From contig JANLPS010000317.1 of NCBI GenBank assembly GCA_031367385.1, positions 1-12,238 of the forward strand: a stretch of DNA of 12,238 bases. The letters are read 5' to 3'. Numbering within the stretch: the first letter of the stretch is position 1; every line of letters begins with the position of its first letter. Position numbers and translations under genes: made by a program. Below, one piece after another: positions 1-6,597 of the stretch. The DNA comes from Archangium sp. (GTDB taxonomy: Bacteria; Myxococcota; Myxococcia; Myxococcales; Myxococcaceae). The notes under the pieces were generated by a model. The model did no database searches. It saw only the letters and a program-made list of their open reading frames with translations, and was not told the origin of the DNA.

Positions 1-166
1 CGCCTACCGCACCGCTGGTCCGCTCGACTTTCACCCCGCAATTCAAAGGGCCCACCGCGAAACCCGCCGCCTCGGTACCCTCCGCCGCGAGCGCCGCAGG
101 AACTTCCGCTACGCCCGTTACGGCTCCCGCGACCTCGATTCGTGCGAGCGCTCCCGCTCAAATTGA
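1..166 (+). mobile_element. Probable 3' end of an ISKra4-like transposase (partial, continues from upstream of the window)
   Basis: Frame +2 is open from nt 2 to TGA 164-166 and reads AYRTAGPLDFHPAIQRAHRETRRLGTLRRERRRNFRYARYGSRDLDSCERSRSN*. From memory this resembles C-termini of myxobacterial ISKra4-type transposases. It is followed by an IS-end-like AAATTGATCGGGCGCCC ending at 176. No catalytic motif is visible in the window. Confidence 0.4.
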
Positions 167-312
167 TCGGGCGCCCGACACGACGGGTTCTCGACGACCC
201 GCACCTTCTCGTGATCTCCAACGCGACCCATGCCAGGGCGGCCCCGCCTCGACTGGGCCACCCGCCACCAGCATGCGTTCGGCAATGACGTGCTTCGTGC
301 CCTTGTACCTCT

Positions 313-414
313 CTATTTCGACCCGTTGCTGCGCTTGCGTCGACGACTGAGGGCCGCCCAGACGGCAAGCACCCAAGCGCCACTCGAACCCAGGTCGATG
401 GTGCAGCCGCAGCG
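313..414 (-). other. MYXO-CTERM-like C-terminal sorting signal
   Basis: RCGCTIDLGSSGAWVLAVWAALSRRRKR follows the Cys motif / transmembrane helix / Arg cluster pattern of MYXO-CTERM. Confidence 0.75.
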
Positions 415-2010
415 GCCCTCGGGGCCGGGGTCGGAGAGTCCTGCGTCGGAAAGTCCTGCGTCGGCGGCGCGCAAGCCAGCATCGGCAACCACCCCTGAAT
501 CGTTCACTGCCGACGTGCCCGAGTCGGTGCTCGCTGAGAGGCCGGCGTCGGGGCGCGTGCCAGCGTCGGCCACCGTGACCCCTGAATCGGCGGTGACGGT
601 ACCGGCGTCTCGGCTGGGCACTCCCGCATCGGCTGGTGATGAGCCGCCCTGGAGCGGGTGCGGGTACGTATACGGGGTGTACGTGTTGGCATAGGTGCCG
701 CACAGTGCCGGCTTCGCGGCGCCCTGGCAGTAGTCGACAGCGCCGTTGTACTTCGCGACGCTGGCGGTGTGCGCGGTGGCCTTGATGTAACTGCTCGTTG
801 GGCGCGTGCACACATCGCTCGAATCGCCGTCTTGATCGTTGACGTTGAGCACGATGCTGTTGGTGCAGCTGCCGCCTGTCGAGCAGCCGAGTTGGGTCCC
901 GTTGTTCCAAAGAATCAAGGGCACGTTGTCCATCTGGTTGCGGGCACACCCCCCGGCGATGCACCCGCTCCCGATTTGGCCCATGCACGGCCACCCCGGC
1001 GCGCTGCTGTCGCCTCCGTTGCTGTCCCACGTGCGGGTGCCGTTGCAGTCGAGTGCGGGGCTGACTTTCGAGCCGCCGCAGCCACGGCCCTCATCGACGA
1101 CGATGGCGTCAGATCGGGTGCAGTTCTCGATGGTGTTGTCGAAAATGACGCCAGTGCCCGACTCGAAGCGAGCGAACAGGTAGAGCGGGCCGGCGCTGGG
1201 CGTGTTGCAGTCGAATCGGTTGTTGTAGACCTCGTACTTGTGGCCATCCCATTCGACGCCACGCGTCCAGTGAGAGTAGAGCAGCCCACCGCTCACGGTG
1301 TTGTGTCGAAACACGGTGCGTTGGCCGCCCGATGATGAATCGATGATGGGGAAGTAGGCGCTCGAGCCTACCAGGGTGAAGGTCGAGTCTTCGATGTAGA
1401 CCGCACTTGGCCCGCCAAGGTCGATGGGTTGCCGGGCGCTGTACTCGCCCATGAACAGGGTGGGCGAGTTGTTGTACTCGACGTCGAGGTAGTCGCTCAT
1501 GATGATGCCCACGGCGTAGCCGCCACCGTAGGTCATGCTGATGTGGTCGATGAGCCCCCACAGCGGCCCCGCCATTCGAATGATGTCGCCTGAGCCATTG
1601 GGGTAATTGAAGGCCAGGTGGTCGAGCCGAAACCCAGACACCGAGCCGGTCAAATTGACGCCGGTCATCGAGATGGTCTGCCCGCCCGGCGTGCCCGAGA
1701 AGCCCATGCCCGAAATGCGAAATGCGCCTTTCGAGGTGTTTGAAATCGACACGTCAAACGAGCCGCCGCTCACCAGCGTCGCCGTCGGCCCAGCGCCGGT
1801 CACCGAGAGGTTCTTGTTCGACCAGCCAACGCTGCCGAACGTGCATGTGCCGGCGCTGATGCTGACGGTGTCACCGTCGCTCGAAGCGTCGATGGCACTC
1901 TGCAGCGCACTCGTGATCGAGCCGGAGCACGTCACCGGCCGGGTCGTGGCGTGCACGAGGGCGGGTACGAGCGTCACCACCACCACGGCGAACCCAGCGA
2001 GATTTCGCAT
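313..2010 (-). CDS. Secreted Cys-rich right-handed beta-helix (pectin-lyase-fold-like) surface protein with DAG linker and MYXO-CTERM-like sorting signal, 565 aa
   Basis: Signal peptide (MRNLAGFAVVVVTLVPALVHA). Beta-helix N-cap LQSAIDASSDGDTVSISAGT and coil-like segments (VYIEDSTF, VFRHNTV, EVYNNRF, VIFDNTI). 14 Cys in the mature domain, which ends YTPYTYPHPL. Low-complexity linker, then RCGC, a hydrophobic segment and RRRKR. Confidence 0.85.
   Translation of the reverse strand: MRNLAGFAVVVVTLVPALVHATTRPVTCSGSITSALQSAIDASSDGDTVSISAGTCTFGSVGWSNKNLSVTGAGPTATLVSGGSFDVSISNTSKGAFRISGMGFSGTPGGQTISMTGVNLTGSVSGFRLDHLAFNYPNGSGDIIRMAGPLWGLIDHISMTYGGGYAVGIIMSDYLDVEYNNSPTLFMGEYSARQPIDLGGPSAVYIEDSTFTLVGSSAYFPIIDSSSGGQRTVFRHNTVSGGLLYSHWTRGVEWDGHKYEVYNNRFDCNTPSAGPLYLFARFESGTGVIFDNTIENCTRSDAIVVDEGRGCGGSKVSPALDCNGTRTWDSNGGDSSAPGWPCMGQIGSGCIAGGCARNQMDNVPLILWNNGTQLGCSTGGSCTNSIVLNVNDQDGDSSDVCTRPTSSYIKATAHTASVAKYNGAVDYCQGAAKPALCGTYANTYTPYTYPHPLQGGSSPADAGVPSRDAGTVTADSGVTVADAGTRPDAGLSASTDSGTSAVNDSGVVADAGLRAADAGLSDAGLSDPGPEGRCGCTIDLGSSGAWVLAVWAALSRRRKRSNGSK
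424..636 (-). repeat. Low-complexity coding linker with ten D[A/S]G motifs plus one DPG
   Basis: ADAG, RDAG, ADSG, ADAG, PDAG, TDSG, NDSG, ADAG, ADAG, SDAG, SDPG in the translation. Includes a near-tandem DNA unit agtcctgcgtcgg at about 437-464. Confidence 0.85.
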
Positions 2011-2148
2011 CAGGCGAGGTTAGGCGAAAACGGTACGAGTTGGCTGGCACAAAGGCTTGGGGTGCGTCTGATGCGGTGGCGGTTTTTACCGCGGGGCCGG
2101 CACGGGGTCGGCCTTGTGCTTGACGACCACCCGAGAGCCGAGTGGCGG

Positions 2149-2343
2149 CACGAACTCATCGACCTGACGGCCGTACATAAAGGCGCCATCCTTCCACACG
2201 CGCTCGTACTGTCGAACGAGCAAGGTCCACACGCGGCCAACCACGCGAAACGTGTCTTCCGCGTCGTCGAGGGCGCGTTGGCGAGCCCCTCACTTACGTC
2301 GGCCCAGCGAACCAAGGCCGTCGAGAAAGCTGCGCTCGAATGA
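2149..2343 (+). pseudogene. Possible degenerate fragment of an AHH-type (HNH/EndoVII) nuclease domain
   Basis: IDLTAVHKGAILPH...NEQGPHAANHAKRVFRVVEGAL loosely matches the AHH pattern ID(I/L)N...NG..LP...H.G.H...Y...V...L, but key N/H residues are altered and no credible start is present. Confidence 0.25.
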
Positions 2344-2376
2344 CGCGTTGTGCGCGACGACGGTGTGACCCGCGAG

Positions 2377-2670
2377 GAGCGCCCCGATTTCGGGCCACGC
2401 TTCTGCCAGGCTCGGGTTCGAGGCATCAGGCAGCCCGGTCAGCGCCTGAATCATCGCCGACAGGCCGCTCGGGAGGCGGGGGACATCGATTCCATCGAGA
2501 CCGCCATCGAGGGCGAGCTTCGGGGGTTCGGCGAAGAGTCGCTTGCGGTCACGGTTGAAGCGCTGTCGCCCGAAAGCACGACTGCGAAACCTTGCCCAAA
2601 GTGTTTCGCTTCAACGCCGGTGAAGACGCAAACCGCATACGTGTTGCTTCGGCGACGCGCCCGGGTGCCC
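2377..2670 (+). pseudogene. Truncated, frameshifted 5' fragment of an ISKra4-like transposase
   Basis: IDSIETAIEGELRGFGEESLAVTVEALSPESTTAKPCPKC..TPVKT, with CPKC at 2593-2604, continues as NRIRV after a frameshift near 2630. This resembles the ISKra4 N-terminus (acidic helix, CPxC, VK.R.R). Similarity stops by about 2650. GAGCGCCCCGATTT at 2377 weakly resembles the reverse complement of the end at 160-176. Confidence 0.5.
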
Positions 2671-2671
2671 T

Positions 2672-3601
2672 TCAGCGCCGCCCGGCGTCGGTAGCCCCGG
2701 GCTTCTTGGCGTCTGGTGCGGGCTTTGGTGCGTCGGGCGTGGTCACGCCAACCGTGAAGTGAGTGCGGCCCTCTTTAATCGGGCTGCCGTCTGCGAAGTC
2801 GACGCGGTAGCGCACCTGGTACTCGCCCGGCGGCAGCTGGGCCGGCGCGACCAGCTGCGGTGAAGCCACCGACTCACGCAGAATCGGGAAGCCTTCGGGC
2901 TGGCTGAACTCGGCGACGACCTTGTCGCCCTCACCGAGAACTTTGTACGAGTGGGTCGGTCGCACATGGCTGTTGCCGGTGTTGGAGATGGTCGGCGTCA
3001 CCACCACTCCGCGCACAGTCATCGCCGCGGTCAGGCCTTTCAGCTCCGGTTTAGTCGTCAGAGGAGGCACGCCCACGTAAACGATGGTCGACAGGCGGAA
3101 GTGGAAGGTGAGCTCTTTGCGGTTTTTCTTCTCTTTGAGATTGCCGGGGCGCTCTTCGACGAACATCACCGAGTGGTAGTCACCGGGAGGCGTGTCTTTC
3201 GGCACTGCGACGGTGAGGCGAATCTGGCTCGTCTTCCCTGGCATCGCGGTGAACTCTCCGGGGGAATACAACAGCCACTTGGTCGCGCTGTTGGGCCGAT
3301 CTCCCTGCTTGAAGAATTGCAGGTCTCCGGTCTCGGCCAGGCTCCAGTCACCCAGCGAGGCGAGCAGCCGGCTCGGCTTGGCGTTGGTGGCATTCGGAGA
3401 CGAGTAGACGATGTTGATCACCGAGGTCTTCTCGCTGCCGGGAGCCAGCGTCAGCTCGAGCCGCGAGGGTGAGATGGCAATCTCATCAGAGGCGGCGGGC
3501 TCCACGCCCATCGTTGCGCCAGCGTCTTGGGCGAAAGCCGCGCCTGAAGTCGCGAGAGAAAAGACCACCACTGCTGTCGACAACAGACCGGTTCGCTTCA
3601 T
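2672..3601 (-). CDS. Periplasmic fimbrial biogenesis chaperone (PapD/FimC-like, DUF916-like), 309 aa
   Basis: Start placed at ATG 3601 (SD GAGGA; signal peptide MKRTGLLSTAVVVFSLATSGAAFA). Domain 1: ISPSRLELTLAPG...WLLYSPGEFTAMPGKTSQIRLTVAVPKDTPPGDYHSVMFVEERP...FRLSTIVYV. Domain 2: ISNTGNSHVRP...LPPGEYQVRYRVDF. This is a typical two-Ig-domain pilus chaperone pattern. Confidence 0.85.
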   Translation of the reverse strand: MKRTGLLSTAVVVFSLATSGAAFAQDAGATMGVEPAASDEIAISPSRLELTLAPGSEKTSVINIVYSSPNATNAKPSRLLASLGDWSLAETGDLQFFKQGDRPNSATKWLLYSPGEFTAMPGKTSQIRLTVAVPKDTPPGDYHSVMFVEERPGNLKEKKNRKELTFHFRLSTIVYVGVPPLTTKPELKGLTAAMTVRGVVVTPTISNTGNSHVRPTHSYKVLGEGDKVVAEFSQPEGFPILRESVASPQLVAPAQLPPGEYQVRYRVDFADGSPIKEGRTHFTVGVTTPDAPKPAPDAKKPGATDAGRR

Positions 3602-3645
3602 GGTTTCCTCGAGCCCTGCACACTGCCACGGGTCTCTCAAGGAGG

Positions 3646-3672
3646 AAACAAAACGTCCAACGCCTTGGAGCG
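3646..3672 (-). terminator. Weak intrinsic terminator/attenuator between the last subunit gene and the chaperone gene
   Basis: Minus strand reads CGCTCCAA-GGCG-TTGGACG followed by TTTTGTTT, immediately after the TAG at 3673-3675. Confidence 0.45.
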
Positions 3673-4353
3673 CTAGATGCACTTGATGACAGTCGGATAG
3701 TCCGACACGGTGAAGCGTATGGTGACCGACGAGGTTCCCGGCGAGAAGAACTGCGGCACGATGGTGAAGATCGCTTCGAAGGCCCACCCGTTGGCCAACG
3801 TGCGCGGGTTGACCGGGCCCCTGCTCAGCTTAGGGCCGAACATCACCATCGTGGTGCCCGCGATATTCGCCAACGACGACGGGTAGCTTGCCCGGTTGGT
3901 CACGTTCACCGTCAGCGAGGGGTCGTTGAAAAACGGCGCGTTGATGGTGTTGTTGCTACAGATGTTGGCGTTGGCGCCGGCCGGGCCGAAGTTCTGAATC
4001 CCGAAGCCGATGTCGGTCAACTGGAGCGATTCGGAGTCGGCGACGTTGAAGCTGGTCCCTTCGAGGGAGACGTTGAGTTGGTACTCCCCGGTGCTTCGAA
4101 TCGCGATGGGCACCACAGCCCTGATGATACCCGATTGGTTCAAGGCTGAGATTTCGCCGAAGTTGATGGTCACCAGCAAGTCCGCGAGCAGACCGGTGCT
4201 CCCTGTCACCGAGCCTCCGACATTGCCGGTGAGCGTCGGCGCGCCGTTGCCGCCAATGTCAACCTTCGATGACGGCGCCGAGAACGCCGGCTTTGCGGCG
4301 CCGAGCCCCCCGACCAGCGCCGCCACACAGAGCAGCCGGCAAGAGCGTTTCAT
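3673..4353 (-). CDS. Secreted pilin-like subunit D (no N-terminal extension; candidate tip subunit), 226 aa
   Basis: ATG 4353 overlaps the upstream TGA (TGATG). Signal peptide MKRSCRLLCVAALVGGLGAAKPAFS. Family motifs INFGEI, IRSTGEY, LTDIGFGI, IVPQFF. Ends VIKCI. Confidence 0.85.
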   Translation of the reverse strand: MKRSCRLLCVAALVGGLGAAKPAFSAPSSKVDIGGNGAPTLTGNVGGSVTGSTGLLADLLVTINFGEISALNQSGIIRAVVPIAIRSTGEYQLNVSLEGTSFNVADSESLQLTDIGFGIQNFGPAGANANICSNNTINAPFFNDPSLTVNVTNRASYPSSLANIAGTTMVMFGPKLSRGPVNPRTLANGWAFEAIFTIVPQFFSPGTSSVTIRFTVSDYPTVIKCI

Positions 4354-5054
4354 CAGGGCGTCACGACGGTATAGGTGACGGTCGTCGAGAAAGAACCGGG
4401 TGAGAAGAACTGCGGCTTGACGGAGAAGATCGCGTTCAGGGTGAGCCCTCCCAGCAGCGTGCGCGGCACCGCCCGCATGATGCGCGACCCATTCAAGATC
4501 GTCTTGGCGGTGGCGTAATTCGACAAGCTCTGGGAGGTCGCGTAGTCCCACCGCACCGTCGCCGGAATTGCGTCAGGCGCAGTAGAGGGGTCTCCGGAGA
4601 CGCCAGCGGCGAAGGTGTCGGCCCCCGAGCCAATCACTCCGAAGTCTGCGCGGCTGAGTGTCGTCACTCCGAACCCGACGTCGGTCGGCTGAATCGCGAG
4701 CGGGTCGGCGTTGACGAACGGGGTGGCTGACATCGAGAGAGTGTACGACACGTTCGACCGAACCCTCAGCGGGATGGTCGCGACGACGAAGCCGTTGAGG
4801 TTTGCCGGGCCGACCTCGCCCAGCCCAACCGACATTCCTGCCAGGGGGCTGCCCTTGGGCACCACAGGCGCGATTCCTCCACCGAGATTGCCGATCAGCA
4901 GCCCGGCACCTCCGGAGCTGAACTCGACCACCGACGAGGCGGTAGCCGAGACGCTGACGGTGCCGGTGTCATTCGCCGCTTGGGCAAATGCGGCCGTGCC
5001 GACGACGAGCCAGGCCAGTATCAGCAGCCTGGGCCCCCACCGGAGCCGGGTCAC
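4353..5054 (-). CDS. Secreted pilin-like subunit C, 233 aa
   Basis: GTG start overlaps the upstream stop (GTGA). Signal peptide ending AAFA/AQA. Motifs GTVSVSATAS, LGEVG, VRSNVSY, DVGFGV, GSRI, VKPQFF, TVTYTVVTP. Confidence 0.88.
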   Translation of the reverse strand: MTRLRWGPRLLILAWLVVGTAAFAQAANDTGTVSVSATASSVVEFSSGGAGLLIGNLGGGIAPVVPKGSPLAGMSVGLGEVGPANLNGFVVATIPLRVRSNVSYTLSMSATPFVNADPLAIQPTDVGFGVTTLSRADFGVIGSGADTFAAGVSGDPSTAPDAIPATVRWDYATSQSLSNYATAKTILNGSRIMRAVPRTLLGGLTLNAIFSVKPQFFSPGSFSTTVTYTVVTP

Positions 5055-5719
5055 GGGGTGCTGATGGTGAAGGTGACGGTCGCTGTCGAGGCTGCGGTGG
5101 GCGTGAAGAATTGAGGCAGAATAGAATACTTGGTGTCGACCAGCAACGCGTTCGTCGTGGTCGCCAGCGAGCCCGCGGTCGAGATGCGACTCCCCGATAC
5201 CACCACGGTGCTGGCCGCGAGGTTGTTGATGGTACCGCTGAAGACGGGCAGTCCGTTGACGACCGCAGCCGTGAGCGGGTCGTAGTCAAAGGCAGCGGGC
5301 ACGGTGGTGCCGGCTTTGACTCCCAAGACACCCGAGGTGCGAATGTTGGTCGCAGTGTTGGGCACGCCAAACCCGATGTCGGCCAACCGAAGATCGCCCG
5401 CGACGTTGGTGAAGGTCGAGGCGCCGACGATGGCGCTCACCTGGTACGCCGCATTGCTGCGGAGGTTTAGCGTCACCGTGCCGCCGTGGTAGGCGATGTT
5501 GGTCGTGTCGACGACCGCCATGTCACCGAAGTTCAGGGTGAAGTTGAGGCCCGGGCTGCCGGCGTTGGCGCCGGTCGTGCCGAGCCCGGTGACGCTGTTG
5601 CTGTCATACCGGAGCGCCGCGGTCTTCGAGACCGTGGCGTTCAGATTGAGCGTGCCGGTTGATTGAGCGAAGGCCGCCGTCGAAACACAGAAGGCCAGAA
5701 GGAGAAGTGAGTTGCGCAT
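5051..5719 (-). CDS. Secreted pilin-like subunit B, 222 aa
   Basis: SD GAGGT. Signal peptide MRNSLLLLAFCVSTAAFA. Motifs GTLNLNATVSK, LNFGDM, GGTVTLNLRSNAAY, LADIGFGV, GSRIS, ILPQFF, TVTFTISTP. Confidence 0.9.
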   Translation of the reverse strand: MRNSLLLLAFCVSTAAFAQSTGTLNLNATVSKTAALRYDSNSVTGLGTTGANAGSPGLNFTLNFGDMAVVDTTNIAYHGGTVTLNLRSNAAYQVSAIVGASTFTNVAGDLRLADIGFGVPNTATNIRTSGVLGVKAGTTVPAAFDYDPLTAAVVNGLPVFSGTINNLAASTVVVSGSRISTAGSLATTTNALLVDTKYSILPQFFTPTAASTATVTFTISTP

Positions 5720-5763
5720 GGCGGGTCAACCTCGTGACAGAGCGTGGAGAAGGCGAGACCGAC

Positions 5764-6450
5764 TCAAGGAGTGGCGATCGTCCACGTCACGGTGCAGGCG
5801 AAGGGCGCCGCGGTCGGAGTGAAGTACTGGGGCACGACCGTGTAGTTCGTCGCGAACGTCATGCCGTTGTTCGGGTTGAACAGGCCACCTGCGTTCGAGA
5901 TGCGGGTGCCGCCGACCACGGTCGGGGCCGCGACGAGGTCGGCCAGGGTGCTCGCGTACGTGGGCTGGCCGTTGGCGTCGAGGCCGCTCTGCTGACCGTT
6001 GTTGCCGAACGGGGCGGTCACCGAGCTGCCCAGAATGGTCGCCAAGCTGCCGTTGCCTGAAGAGGCGAGGCCGTTGACGCCGAAGCCAAAGTCGGAGAAG
6101 GCCACTTCACCCGCAGCTCCAGTGAAGCCAGACGTTGCGACCACGCCCGCGACCAGGGTGTACGTCGCGTTGCTCCGGGCGATAAGCGAAACCGAGGCGC
6201 CCTGGGGGAGCCCGTTGTTCGCGGCGGTCGGAGCGATGTCGCCCAGGCTGATCAAGGTGTCGAGCACTGAGTCGCCAGCGACGGGAGTGTTTGCGACCGT
6301 CGCCTGAGCGCCAATCGCCGCCGACGAGAAGTAGCGAATCGAAGCCGCCTTGGAGACGGTGCCGTTGATCTTCACGGTACCGCTGGCCTGAGCCCAAACT
6401 GCGGTGCTCAAAAGAAGAACGCCAGTCACTGCGAATCGAAGCTGCTTCAT
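5764..6450 (-). CDS. Secreted pilin-like subunit A (candidate major subunit), 228 aa
   Basis: Start placed at ATG 6450 (GAGGAAAAAAAT-ATG). Signal peptide MKQLRFAVTGVLLLSTAVWA. Motifs GTVKINGTVSK, LGDI, ARSNATY, SDFGFGV, GTRIS, VVPQYF, TVTWTIATP. Confidence 0.9.
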   Translation of the reverse strand: MKQLRFAVTGVLLLSTAVWAQASGTVKINGTVSKAASIRYFSSAAIGAQATVANTPVAGDSVLDTLISLGDIAPTAANNGLPQGASVSLIARSNATYTLVAGVVATSGFTGAAGEVAFSDFGFGVNGLASSGNGSLATILGSSVTAPFGNNGQQSGLDANGQPTYASTLADLVAAPTVVGGTRISNAGGLFNPNNGMTFATNYTVVPQYFTPTAAPFACTVTWTIATP

Positions 6451-6597
6451 ATTTTTTTCCTCAAGGTTGCCGTCAACGAGTGTTGGGGCCTGCGCGGAAT
6501 GCTTGAGCTCCGCGACAGCCACGAAAGAAAGTCACAGTCGTGCGGCCCTCGTCAATGTGGGTCGAAACCACCGCTGTAAGGAGATGTTGGCGACTGA

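Noticed and set aside
167..201. Palindrome TCGGGCGCCCGA and hairpin CGGGT-N8-ACCCG as a terminator for the beta-helix gene
   Set aside because: No U-tract follows on either strand, and the palindrome overlaps the presumed IS end.
2045..2060. Sigma-54-like TGGCACAAAGGCTTGG
   Set aside because: The -12 element is TTGG and is displaced by one base, so GG-N10-GC is not satisfied. It also points at no intact gene.
3602..3787. Longer ORF-track starts for the chaperone (3787), subunit D (4551), subunit A (6522) and subunit E (9166)
   Set aside because: These extensions bury the signal peptides and some overlap upstream genes. The downstream ATGs have an SD, a stop/start overlap or a clean signal peptide.
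3673..6450. Calling the subunits spore coat protein U / CsuA-B or assigning csu/mcu/fim gene symbols
   Set aside because: They lack the conserved Cys pair, are longer, and their motifs (DIGFG, PQFF) are not ones I recognise from those families. Orthology cannot be supported.
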